A DNA stretch of 64,000 bases, taken from assembly GCA_965279375.1 (NCBI GenBank), contig OZ257156.1:3424001-3488000 (forward strand), written 5' to 3'. Both the position numbers and the translations under genes were made by a program. The notes below the pieces were generated by a model. The model had not been told where the DNA came from. It did not search any database and was given only the letters and a program-made list of their open reading frames with translations. Positions 37,357-46,878 of the stretch are shown here, one piece after another. Position 1 is the first letter of the stretch, and the number at the start of each line of letters is the position of its first letter. The stretch comes from Gemmatimonas sp. (GTDB taxonomy: Bacteria; Gemmatimonadota; Gemmatimonadetes; Gemmatimonadales; Gemmatimonadaceae).

Positions 37357-38292
37357 ATGCTACGCTCACTCGTTCGCGCGTCGTTCGCCGCGCTTTGCCT
37401 CGCCACTGCCGCCCACGCGCAGCCAATGGCGCAGGCCAAGATCATCGGACGCTGGGACTTCACCGTACAGGGGACCGATGGTCCGTTCCCGTCGTGGCTC
37501 GAGGTGAGGCTCTCCGGCAATCGCACGTTAGTCGGCTCGTTCGTCGGCCGTGGTGGAAGCGCGCGCCCGATTTCCAAGATCGACTACGCGGACGGCGTCG
37601 TGAAGTTCGCCGTGCCGCCGCAATGGGAGCAGGGCACGCTCGACTTCAAGTTCGAAGGAAAGCTCGACGGCGACGCGCTATCTGGCTGGATGACTGACGC
37701 CGACGGCGCAAAGATGAATTGGACGGCGGTGCGCGCACCGTCGCTCTGGCGCACTGCGGAGCCGGTATGGGGCGCGCCGATCGCGATTTTCAACGGCAAG
37801 GACACTAGCGGCTGGGACGCGTCGGGCCCCAACAATCAGTGGACGGTCATCAACGGCATCCTGACCAATCCCAAGCCGGGCGCCAATTTCTTCACCAAGC
37901 AGACCTTCAACGACTTCAAGCTGCACGCGGAATTCCGCTACCCGAAGGGTGGCAACAGCGGTGTTTATCTGCGTGGTCGCTACGAGGTACAGATCGAAGA
38001 CAGCAAGGGGATGGAGCCGGGCAGCCTGCATTTGGGCGGCGTGTATGGATTTCTCACGCCGAACGAAAACGCAGCGTTGGCTGCCGGCGAGTGGCAGACG
38101 TACGACATCACGCTCGTGGGACGTCTCGTGACGGTGGTGCTCAACGGAAAGACGGTGATCTCTCGCCAGAACATCCCGGGCATCACCGGTGGTGCGATGA
38201 GCAGCGCGGAAGGAACTCCCGGTCCGATCATGCTGCAGGGTGACCACACGGCCGTGGAGTTCCGGAAGATCGTGCTGACACCCGCCAAGTAG
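37357..38292 (+). CDS. DUF1080 family (3-keto-disaccharide hydrolase-like) secreted protein
   Basis: IFNGKDTSGW, FNDFKLHAEF, GNSGVYLRGRYEVQI, GEWQTYDI, GPIMLQGDH, FRKI. Confidence 0.9.
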   Translation: MLRSLVRASFAALCLATAAHAQPMAQAKIIGRWDFTVQGTDGPFPSWLEVRLSGNRTLVGSFVGRGGSARPISKIDYADGVVKFAVPPQWEQGTLDFKFEGKLDGDALSGWMTDADGAKMNWTAVRAPSLWRTAEPVWGAPIAIFNGKDTSGWDASGPNNQWTVINGILTNPKPGANFFTKQTFNDFKLHAEFRYPKGGNSGVYLRGRYEVQIEDSKGMEPGSLHLGGVYGFLTPNENAALAAGEWQTYDITLVGRLVTVVLNGKTVISRQNIPGITGGAMSSAEGTPGPIMLQGDHTAVEFRKIVLTPAK

Positions 38293-38317
38293 CGTTGTCG
38301 GACCACGCAGGCTGAAC

Positions 38318-39532
38318 GTGATATCCAAGTCCGCCCGAATGCTCGGCAGGTCAGTCGCCAGAAAGGTGGCGGCACTTTCGCTGATCTGTGCGTCTGCGGT
38401 AACCACCGCAGACGCTGCAGCGCCGGCGACCGAGTCGCGCACGGTGCGCATCGATTCGAAGATTCTCGGGGATTTCCGCACGCTGCACATCAGCCTCCCG
38501 CCAAACTACCGGCTGGCGAAGCAGCGCTACTCCGTGGTCTATGTGCTCGACGGACACGTGCGTCCGTTTTTCGAGATGACGGTCGCAGCGGCCGGGTACG
38601 ATCTGCTCGGCGACTATCACGACTATGCGATGCCGCCGCAGATCGTCGTGGCCATCGAACACAAGGATCGTGGCGCTGACTTGGGCCGCAACGCCGAGCA
38701 GTTCACGCGCTTCCTGGTGCAGGAGCTGATCCCGTACATCGATCGCGAGTATCGCACGGTGCCTTATCGAACGCTGATTGGGCACTCGCTCGGCGGACGC
38801 TTTGCGTTGCAGACATTCTGTCGCGCGCCGGAGCCGTTCCCGGCCATCGTGGCGATCAGCGCGGCGCTTCCCGACTCGTCAATGACGGAAGTGCAGGGGT
38901 GCATGAAGCGCGACTTCGCCAGTGGTCGCTCGCGCATTCGACAGGTCGTGCTGTCCGCTGGCTCGCGCGAAACGCGGCTCATGACCTCCACGCAGAAGAT
39001 GCACGCGTTTCTGCGCGACTCGGCGCCAACCACCTGGCGCACGCTCCTGGTGGACGGCGACGGACTGGGACACACCGATACGCCCTTTGCCACCATTCCA
39101 CCAGCGCTGCGCTTCGTGTTTGATCGCGCGGTCTGGGAGATGCCGATCGCGGCGGCCGACAGCATGATCGAACGCTGGGGCGATCCGCTCGCGCGACTGG
39201 AGCGGCATCGCGTGGCGCTCGCCTCTCGCGTGGGCTACACGCCGGCGCCGAGTGCGAAGTGGCTGGAGTTCGTGGCGAAGACCGCGCTTGCGCGCGTAGA
39301 TGCCGACGGCGCGGTGATGGCTGCCAAACGATTGGTGGAGCTCTACCCCGAAGAGATCATCGGCTTCACGCTGCTCGCCGATGCGTACGTGCAGCAACGC
39401 GATTACGACGGCGCGCGTCGCGCAATCAACGACGCGCTGGCGCTGCTCGACCGGCGTGAGACGTTCGACGAGGGGCAGCGCGAGGTGCAGCGCACGTGGC
39501 TCAGGAGTTCGTTGGCGGGGCTGGCGAAGTAG
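38318..39532 (+). CDS. Alpha/beta-hydrolase esterase (IroE/Fes-like) with C-terminal TPR
   Basis: YSVVYVLDG, ELIPYIDREYRT, GHSLGG nucleophile elbow, TPR-like helices. Confidence 0.85.
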   Translation: MISKSARMLGRSVARKVAALSLICASAVTTADAAAPATESRTVRIDSKILGDFRTLHISLPPNYRLAKQRYSVVYVLDGHVRPFFEMTVAAAGYDLLGDYHDYAMPPQIVVAIEHKDRGADLGRNAEQFTRFLVQELIPYIDREYRTVPYRTLIGHSLGGRFALQTFCRAPEPFPAIVAISAALPDSSMTEVQGCMKRDFASGRSRIRQVVLSAGSRETRLMTSTQKMHAFLRDSAPTTWRTLLVDGDGLGHTDTPFATIPPALRFVFDRAVWEMPIAAADSMIERWGDPLARLERHRVALASRVGYTPAPSAKWLEFVAKTALARVDADGAVMAAKRLVELYPEEIIGFTLLADAYVQQRDYDGARRAINDALALLDRRETFDEGQREVQRTWLRSSLAGLAK

Positions 39533-39611
39533 CTGAACCGAAGTCCGTCGCGGTCGGGCAATGACGGTTCGCCGTCGACCGACGGATGTCTGCGCACTCA
39601 CATCCCCAATG

Positions 39612-39646
39612 CAAACGCGCGCCGCTGAACATTCAGCGGCGCGCGT
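39612..39646 (-). terminator. Intrinsic terminator hairpin
   Basis: acgcgcgccgctgaa-ca-ttcagcggcgcgcgt between convergent genes; short T-tract on the minus strand. Confidence 0.7.
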
Positions 39647-39668
39647 CGTCGTGTGCTAATCGTGCGAA

Positions 39669-40964
39669 TCAGTTGCCGGGAGGCCGCGGCTGTGCGGTGC
39701 GACCCGAGCCGCCACTCGACGCGCCCGCTGACCCGCTGCTGGACGCGCCGCTCGAGGAGGAGCTGGAGCCGCCGCTCGAGCCGCCGCTGGAGTATCCGCT
39801 GCGCGAATCAGCGCGGCCCGACGGACTCGTCGTGCGCGATGAACCGCCGTCATACGGCCGCGTGTAGCCAGCGCCGTTCACGGCACGACCCTGCGGCGGC
39901 TCGGCGCGCGGCGCGATCACCACGGGGGTCACGCCTGAGTAGTAGCCACCGAAGCCGTAGTATGGGTTTCCCCATAGCCCGTTGCCGTAGAATCCATTGC
40001 CGAAAAACGCGTTTCCGTAGAACCCATTCCGGTAGTACGAATTGCCGTAGAGTCCGAGGCGCATCATGTCGAAGTAGCTGAGCATGCCCCATCCCATCCC
40101 CCACATCGGGAAATCGATCGGCATGTAGCCGATGCTGCTGATCGGCATGCGGCCCCGGTTGTTGGAGGCCACGCGCGTTTGCGGCTGCGCGTCTACGCCA
40201 CCCACCATGCCGTCGGGCGTCTTGCGCACAACGAACATCTTGGGGTTGGACAGTGCGACCATCAGGTCGATAACCCGCGGTTGCATTCCGGCGTCCGACA
40301 GCTTGACGAGGCTATTGGCGTCGAGCTTGAACGGCTGCCCCACATCCGTGAGCCACGCTTCGGCGACGGGGGTGTCGACGGACTTTGCCACTTCGAGGAC
40401 GTCGTCGAGGGAGATCGGGGCGCTCGCCGCGAGGCGCGTGGTCTGCCGGGCGAAGCCGGTGGAGTCGCTCTGCTGCGGAGAAAACGCAGCAACGCGAATC
40501 GAGGAGCGGTCCGCCACAGTCATGCCGTGGACCTGCAGGAATTCACCGGCCGGCGAGATGCCGAGGAGGCCGCTTGAGCGGCGGACGGTGCCGCCCGGGC
40601 AGGTGAACTCCGAGCGTAGAAACACGCGACGGGCGTTGCGCGACCACGAGGCCTGCTCCCAACCCGTGCAGCCGTCGCGGGTCTTGCTGACTTTGCCGCC
40701 GGCCACGTCGAGCGTGTCCGTCTGCACGGTCTTGCCGTCGACGATCGTGAAGATCTCGACGCCGCTGCCCGTGGCCGCTGGCCCGACGCAGACCTCGTTC
40801 TTGGCGGATGGCGAGCCGTCGAGATTGCGCGGCGCGGCGGACTCGGCGCTCCAGCAGCCGAGCCACGGCTGCCAGCGCGCGTCAGCCGATTGTGCGCCTG
40901 CAGGCGCCGAGAATACCGCGGCGGCCGCGAGCGAGCCCATGAGACTACGAACCAGAGTACGCAT
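39669..40964 (-). CDS. Secreted hypothetical protein with Gly/aromatic repeats and a Ser/Gly tail
   Basis: AGGAG RBS, signal AGA-Q, four-Cys N-domain, GNGFY-like repeats, poly-S/G C-terminus. Confidence 0.75.
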   Translation of the reverse strand: MRTLVRSLMGSLAAAAVFSAPAGAQSADARWQPWLGCWSAESAAPRNLDGSPSAKNEVCVGPAATGSGVEIFTIVDGKTVQTDTLDVAGGKVSKTRDGCTGWEQASWSRNARRVFLRSEFTCPGGTVRRSSGLLGISPAGEFLQVHGMTVADRSSIRVAAFSPQQSDSTGFARQTTRLAASAPISLDDVLEVAKSVDTPVAEAWLTDVGQPFKLDANSLVKLSDAGMQPRVIDLMVALSNPKMFVVRKTPDGMVGGVDAQPQTRVASNNRGRMPISSIGYMPIDFPMWGMGWGMLSYFDMMRLGLYGNSYYRNGFYGNAFFGNGFYGNGLWGNPYYGFGGYYSGVTPVVIAPRAEPPQGRAVNGAGYTRPYDGGSSRTTSPSGRADSRSGYSSGGSSGGSSSSSSGASSSGSAGASSGGSGRTAQPRPPGN

Positions 40965-40974
40965 GGCGTGACTC

Positions 40975-41712
40975 CTAGAACCGAAGGGAAAGGCCAACAC
41001 TGGCGGAGAGCCCCGACAGGTCGATGCGATCAAAGCCTTCAAACACTGAACTCATCGTGGCGCGCGACCGATCGTAGCGCGCTTCGGAGATCAGGCCGAG
41101 CCGAGTGGTGAGGGAGTAGTCTACGCCGCCGGCGGCGTAAGCCATTGGCGACCACCCTTTGGAGGAGAGCTTTGTTGGGAAAACGTCGAGCGTCTGGAAA
41201 TCGACGAAGTCCCCCTCCTGCCGGAAACGATATCCCATCGCGCCCACGCCCGCCGAGACGTATGGCGTGACTTTGGCCGGAACCCATGCCAGCCGGCTGA
41301 TGGAGCGGCCTGGCGAGGTGAGATAGTACTTGGCGCCCAATGTTACCGCTGTGCGACGGAACCCCGTCTGCTGCTCGATCGGGAGGTTGTTATTGTCCAC
41401 CCAATCGCGGAACTCGGAGTTGATATTGCGGTCGCTGAAGCTGAAGCCGAATTGCACATCGACCCGGTCCGCGACTCGAACGCCCAGGTCCGTCACGACG
41501 GTACCGCTGCCAAAGTCGCCCTTGCCGAGGGTGAGCTGCTTGGCGGCGAACGAGAAGACATCGCTGTTGGCCGTGGGGCTGGCAAAGCCGCCGCGGATGG
41601 AGAAGACAGCGGAGGGACGACCGAACAGGAAGCCGTTACCGGCTGTCTGTGCGTGAACTGCGGCGGGCGCTGTCAGCAGACAGGTCAGTGCCGCGGCAAT
41701 GCGGGTGTTCAT
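40975..41712 (-). CDS. Outer-membrane beta-barrel protein (OmpA/OmpW-like transmembrane domain)
   Basis: Signal VHA-Q, amphipathic strands, PYVSAGVG, C-terminal SVGLSLRF. Confidence 0.82.
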   Translation of the reverse strand: MNTRIAAALTCLLTAPAAVHAQTAGNGFLFGRPSAVFSIRGGFASPTANSDVFSFAAKQLTLGKGDFGSGTVVTDLGVRVADRVDVQFGFSFSDRNINSEFRDWVDNNNLPIEQQTGFRRTAVTLGAKYYLTSPGRSISRLAWVPAKVTPYVSAGVGAMGYRFRQEGDFVDFQTLDVFPTKLSSKGWSPMAYAAGGVDYSLTTRLGLISEARYDRSRATMSSVFEGFDRIDLSGLSASVGLSLRF

Positions 41713-41806
41713 TGGGTGCCTCGCGAAGGCGGGGGGAACGGCGCGTGCCGAACGAACCGGCGACCCTAACGATACCAATCCTCAACCGAAAAAGGTTCCA
41801 CGCAAG

Positions 41807-43159
41807 ATGAATTTGTCGCCCCTTCGTCGGTGCCGATTGCTGATCGCCGCGGCCGCGCTCGCGCTTGGTCCCCAACCGGCCGACTCGCAGGCGCTGCGCA
41901 CTGCCCCCGCTATGCCGATCATTTTCGTGCACGGAAACGGCGATCATGCGGGCCTCTGGGACGCGACGATCTGGCGGTTTGAGTCGAACGGCTATCCCGC
42001 AGATCGACTGTTCGCCGTCGACCTCCCCCATCCGCTCGCGCAGGCGAACGTCCGTGTCGCGGAGGAGAACCGATCGAGCCCGGAGGACCAGACTGCCGCA
42101 CTGGCGGCCTTCGTCACGCGTGTCCTGCTCAAGACCGGGGCCTCGAAGGTGGCACTCGTTGGCAGCTCGCGTGGCGGCATGACCATCCGGAACTACGTGC
42201 GTTTCGGTGGTGGAGCGGCGCACGTCTCGCACGTGATTACCTGCGGGTCCCCCAATCACGGCGTATTCGCTAACCCGGCGTTTCAGCCGCTCAACGAGTT
42301 CAACGGCGCTGGCGAGTACCTTCGCACGTTGAACGCCGGACGCGAGGTGGTCGCCGGGGTTCGCTATTTGACCCTGCGCAGCGACTCGGCGGACAAGTAC
42401 GCGCAGAGCGATGGCGCCGCGCTCGGCACTCCCGGCGTTCCCACCAACGTGGATGCCCGTGGTCCGGCGCTGCGCGGTGCCGTCGATGTGGTGCTGTCGG
42501 GGGCGGATCACCGCGAGACCGCATTCTCGGCGCAGGCGTTCGCCGCGCAGTACCGCTTCCTTACGGGACGCACGCCCGCTCGCCTGACCGTTACCCCCGA
42601 TTCCGTCGCAGTGCTCGGAGGGCTGATCAGCGGCGTGGGCAACGGGTCGCCCACCAATCTGCCGATGCCGGGAGCGTCCATTCGCGTCTACGAGGTCGAT
42701 CGTGAATCCGGACGCCGTCTTGGGGGCGCGGCGCACGCGCAAACCGTGGGCGTGGATGGCCGTTGGGGGCCGTTTCGCGCCCGCCCGGATGCGACGTACG
42801 AGTTCGAGGTGGTGCCAAGTGATAGCGCGGTCATCCTCGACTTCTTCCGCGCGCCACTGCCGAGGAGCACCTCGCTCGTCAACTTCCGGGTACCTGCCTC
42901 GGTCACACGCAGCGACAGCACCACCGTGCTCATCGTGCGCCCGCGAGGATATCTGGGTGCACGTCGCGACACGGTGCAGTTCGACGGCGAGCCGGCGCGT
43001 GGTATTCCGGCAGGCGTACCGTCAATCGATCGCGTGAGTAAGCGATACGGAGGTCCTGATCGGAGCGTGACCACGCGCCTGAATGGCGAACGAATCGTCG
43101 TTCGCACGTCGCCTGGCGATGCGCGCCGCGTGGTGATCGCGGAGTTCACCGGGCTATAG
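41807..43159 (+). CDS. Secreted alpha/beta hydrolase (lipase class 2-like) with C-terminal beta domain
   Basis: PIIFVHGNGD, WRFESNGY, KVALVGSSRGG, G.PNHG. Confidence 0.82.
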   Translation: MNLSPLRRCRLLIAAAALALGPQPADSQALRTAPAMPIIFVHGNGDHAGLWDATIWRFESNGYPADRLFAVDLPHPLAQANVRVAEENRSSPEDQTAALAAFVTRVLLKTGASKVALVGSSRGGMTIRNYVRFGGGAAHVSHVITCGSPNHGVFANPAFQPLNEFNGAGEYLRTLNAGREVVAGVRYLTLRSDSADKYAQSDGAALGTPGVPTNVDARGPALRGAVDVVLSGADHRETAFSAQAFAAQYRFLTGRTPARLTVTPDSVAVLGGLISGVGNGSPTNLPMPGASIRVYEVDRESGRRLGGAAHAQTVGVDGRWGPFRARPDATYEFEVVPSDSAVILDFFRAPLPRSTSLVNFRVPASVTRSDSTTVLIVRPRGYLGARRDTVQFDGEPARGIPAGVPSIDRVSKRYGGPDRSVTTRLNGERIVVRTSPGDARRVVIAEFTGL

Positions 43160-43419
43160 AACGAGTCGGCGACGTTCGCGTCGCCAATCGACCAACGCAC
43201 GGCCGCGCTGCGCAAGAGAGTCACGTCGGCGTATCCGCTGCCGGCGCTGCAAAGCAGCATGCCGACAGGGCGCTGGCCTGGATGCCAATGACCGTTTCAG
43301 CGTGGGAACTGGACATCATGTCCAGGATGTGCGCGCTATCACGAAGATGACCGAAGTCGCGCGTACTCGTCCATCGGACAGTACGCGTGACTCGGCTTCG
43401 AAGCGCCTCTCACATTGCC

Positions 43420-45009
43420 ATGCCACAACTTGATCGTGTTTTGCCGCGCCTCGACGGTGGTGCGGCCAGTGAAGTCGTTCTGGAAGCGGACGCGCCCATT
43501 CGTTGCCTGACAGCGGCCGGTCCGCAGGCCGTGACGCAGCAGGTGCTCAATCGGCAGCAAGTGCTCGCGCTGGTGGCAGAAGTTGCGCCGCCGGCGGACC
43601 GGGCCAGTATCGCTGCGGGCGTGAATGTGCACTTCGGCTACGTGCTGAACGGTCACATGTATCAGATCGCACAGGACACGTCGGCGCCCGCGCTGCGCAT
43701 TGCGATTCGTCGCGGTGCCGACGCTGATGTCGCTCCGTTGGATCCGGCTCACGCGCCGCCCGTGCTGTCGGTGACGCCCCGCGACCCGCGCGCGACCGAC
43801 ATCGATCCAAACGCCACGCCTGGTGCGCCGCCCGAAGGCTCTGGAGAGCGCCGTGCGTGGCGCCGTCGCGCCAGCGACCAGCCGCTCGGTCCGTACGAAA
43901 ATGCGAGCGCGGCGCGTGAGGCGATGGAGAAGCTCCTGCGACTGCAGGTCACGCGGAAGGCGGCCGATTTGCATCTACGCATCGGCGAGCCGCCCATCCT
44001 CCGCAGTGGCGGTGATCTCGTGCGCGTCGAGGGCGAAGCGCCGGTCGACGAGGGCACGTTGCTGGCGATGCTGTATGCCATCATGCCGGACAAGAACAAG
44101 GCGGAGTTCGAAGCGCAGTGGGACACTGACTTCGCGCACGAAATCGCCGGCGTCTCGCGCTTCCGCGTGAACGTCTTCAAGGATCGGAACGGCGTGGCCT
44201 CCGTCACGCGCACCATCGCCACCGAAACGGTGACGGTGGAGCAGATGGGTGTCTCGACAGAGGTGCAGCAGCTGTGCAACCTCACCAAGGGACTGGTGCT
44301 CGTCACCGGACCGACGGGATCAGGCAAGTCCACCACGCTGTGCGCGTTGATCGATCTGGTGAATCGGTCTCGTCAGGATCACATCATTACCATCGAAGAT
44401 CCGATCGAGTTCGTCCACCAAAGCAAGAAGTGTCTGATCACGCAGCGACAGGTCGGCGTGCACACGCAGTCGTTCAAGAGCGCATTGCGTGCGGCGCTGC
44501 GCGAAGACCCTGACATCATCATGGTTGGCGAGCTGCGTGACCTCGAGACGATCGCCATCGCACTCGAGACGGCAGAGACCGGGCATCTCGTGTTCGGCAC
44601 GTTGCATACTTCCACGGCCGCGTCCACGATCAATCGTATCGTCGATCAGTTTCCGGCGGATCGTCAGGATCAGATCAAGGTCATGTTGGCGGAGTCGCTC
44701 AAGGGCGTGATTTCGCAGACGCTCTGCCGCAAGATCGGTGGCGGACGCGTGGCTGCACGCGAGATCCTGTTGGTCAACAAGGCGGCCAGTGCGCTGATCC
44801 GCGAAGGCAAGACGGTGCAGATCAACAACATCATCCAGACGCAGAAGAAGCTGGGCATGGAAACGCTCAACGACGCGCTGCTGACGTTGGTGAAGAAGGG
44901 CGACGTCGAGCCGGTGGAAGCGTACAACAAGTCCGTGGAGAAGAAGGACATGGCGCTCAAGCTGCGCGCGCTCGGCCACGACATGTCGGCGTACGCGAGC
45001 GAGGAATAG
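43420..45009 (+). CDS. pilT: Type IV pilus retraction ATPase PilT/PilU family with N-terminal extension
   Basis: GPTGSGKSTT, TIEDPIE, LREDPDIIMVGELRD, ETGHLVFGTLHT, ALIRE. Confidence 0.88.
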   Translation: MPQLDRVLPRLDGGAASEVVLEADAPIRCLTAAGPQAVTQQVLNRQQVLALVAEVAPPADRASIAAGVNVHFGYVLNGHMYQIAQDTSAPALRIAIRRGADADVAPLDPAHAPPVLSVTPRDPRATDIDPNATPGAPPEGSGERRAWRRRASDQPLGPYENASAAREAMEKLLRLQVTRKAADLHLRIGEPPILRSGGDLVRVEGEAPVDEGTLLAMLYAIMPDKNKAEFEAQWDTDFAHEIAGVSRFRVNVFKDRNGVASVTRTIATETVTVEQMGVSTEVQQLCNLTKGLVLVTGPTGSGKSTTLCALIDLVNRSRQDHIITIEDPIEFVHQSKKCLITQRQVGVHTQSFKSALRAALREDPDIIMVGELRDLETIAIALETAETGHLVFGTLHTSTAASTINRIVDQFPADRQDQIKVMLAESLKGVISQTLCRKIGGGRVAAREILLVNKAASALIREGKTVQINNIIQTQKKLGMETLNDALLTLVKKGDVEPVEAYNKSVEKKDMALKLRALGHDMSAYASEE

Positions 45010-45135
45010 CGCGCTTCCATTCAGCCGTCACTGTCACGGAATCATGACGAGTGGCTGAAACCGCGGCTGGCGGGTAATCGTTGGGCGGTCGGGCCGACAT
45101 CTCAGTCGGTCCGACTTATCGATTCCTGCGGCAAG

Positions 45136-45723
45136 GTGGGCGGCCTGACGACGCTGCGCGATGTGCCTGACATCTCCGTACTCCCTCTCGATGCCGTCGC
45201 GCAGATTCGCGACGGCAATCTCGCGGCGTTCGAGGTGGTCTATCGCGCGATGCATGCACCGCTGGTCACCTTTGCCATGCGATATGTAGGCGACGGGGCG
45301 CGCGCTGAGGAGCTGGTGCAGGATCTCTTCGTGGAGCTGTGGCAGCGGCGCACCGCGTGGACTGTGCAGGGTAGCCTCCGATCGTACCTGTTCGCCGCCG
45401 CGCGCAACCGCGCGCTCAATCTCCGCCGGCGCGATGCGGTGGAGCGCGACTGGGCCGATGACGAAGCACACGACGCGGTACGTGCGCTGCATCCGGCGCC
45501 GACTCGGCCCGACGTGGCACTGGAACAGGAAGAGTTGCAGGCGCGATTGGCACGCGCGCTGGCGTCGCTGCCGGAGCGATGCGCCTTGGTGATGCACCTG
45601 CGGTGGCGCGACGGGCTCAGCTACGGAGAGATCGCCGAGGTCATGGGGATTTCCACCAAGGGCGTCGAGAACCAGTTGGGGCGAGGACTCAAGGCGCTTC
45701 GCGAGAAACTCAGCGACGGATAG
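45136..45723 (+). CDS. ECF sigma-70 factor (FecI-like)
   Basis: AEELVQDLFVELW, YLFAAARNRALN, LPERC, GLSYGEIAEVMGIS.K.VE. Confidence 0.92.
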   Translation: MGGLTTLRDVPDISVLPLDAVAQIRDGNLAAFEVVYRAMHAPLVTFAMRYVGDGARAEELVQDLFVELWQRRTAWTVQGSLRSYLFAAARNRALNLRRRDAVERDWADDEAHDAVRALHPAPTRPDVALEQEELQARLARALASLPERCALVMHLRWRDGLSYGEIAEVMGISTKGVENQLGRGLKALREKLSDG

Positions 45724-45792
45724 CTGGCCGAAAAGTCGGTTGTGGGGATTTCGCGATCCCCCGTGTCTTGGAAGCGACCCTTTCCACAGACC

Positions 45793-46878
45793 ATGACGTC
45801 ACCCGACCCGCTCGACCCACAACTTCTCGATCGCTACCTCGCCGGTATCGCCACGGACGCCGACGTTCGTGCGGTCGTCGATTGGATGGCGCGTGACCCG
45901 CGGAACCGGGCGCTGATCGAGGGGCTCGCGCAGCAAGCGTCCCCCGCCTTGCCGCTCACCACCGACGAGTCTTGGCGTGCTGTGCAGGCGCGACTGAGCG
46001 ATGTGCCCGCGGGCGTGGCTGGGGAATCGCAGCACGTGCAAGACGGCACAGCTGCCGACCGTGCATCTGTCGTGTCGATCGGGACGCAGCGGGCGAAACG
46101 TCGCGTTGCCGCAGAGAAGAGTGCGCGCCGTATTGGAGGCGGTGTCCTCCCAATGGTGTTGCGCATAGCGGCGGCGCTGCTGCTGGTGGTGGGCGGTACA
46201 GCGACGTGGCGCGCCACGCGCGCACCGGAACAACACGAAGTGGTCGCCGCGCTCGGCAAGTCCACCACGCTTTCGCTCGCTGATGGATCGCGGGTGACGC
46301 TTGCACCGGGCAGTCGCATTACGTGGACGGGCGAGTTCGGATCCGCATCGCGAGAGCTAACGCTCGTTGGCGAGGCGTACTTCGCGGTTGTGCACGACAG
46401 CGCACGACCGTTCCGCGTGCGAGCCCAATCGGGCATCGCGGAGGATATCGGCACGCGCTTTGTCGTCCGTGCCTGGTCGAGCAGTGCGCCGTTAGACGTC
46501 GCCGTGGAGGAGGGTGCGGTTGCGCTCTCCGATACCACGGAGGCCGCGAGACTCGTGGCAACGACACTGCGTGTCGGAGACCGCGGGCAACTCGGGCGTG
46601 ATGGCGTGGTCTCCGTCTCGCACGACGCCGAGCTGATGCTGGCGTGGACTCGCGGCGAGCTAGTGTTCGCCGACACGCCGCTTGCCGACGCGCTGGTCGA
46701 GATCTCGCGTTGGTACAACACAGACCTGCATGCCTCGCCAGCGCTTGCCGCGCGGCGACTCAATGCGCGCTTCCTGTCGCAGCCACTGCCGGAGCTCATC
46801 AACTCGCTCGCGCTAGCGCTGGATGCCAGCGTCGTTCGTGACGGACCGCGTGTCACACTGGTGCCCAAGACCCCATGA
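45793..46878 (+). CDS. FecR family anti-sigma factor
   Basis: LLDRYLAG, one TM segment, LADGSRVTL..GS, L.GEAYF.V.HD..RPF, GTRF, W..GEL.F..PL. Confidence 0.92.
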   Translation: MTSPDPLDPQLLDRYLAGIATDADVRAVVDWMARDPRNRALIEGLAQQASPALPLTTDESWRAVQARLSDVPAGVAGESQHVQDGTAADRASVVSIGTQRAKRRVAAEKSARRIGGGVLPMVLRIAAALLLVVGGTATWRATRAPEQHEVVAALGKSTTLSLADGSRVTLAPGSRITWTGEFGSASRELTLVGEAYFAVVHDSARPFRVRAQSGIAEDIGTRFVVRAWSSSAPLDVAVEEGAVALSDTTEAARLVATTLRVGDRGQLGRDGVVSVSHDAELMLAWTRGELVFADTPLADALVEISRWYNTDLHASPALAARRLNARFLSQPLPELINSLALALDASVVRDGPRVTLVPKTP

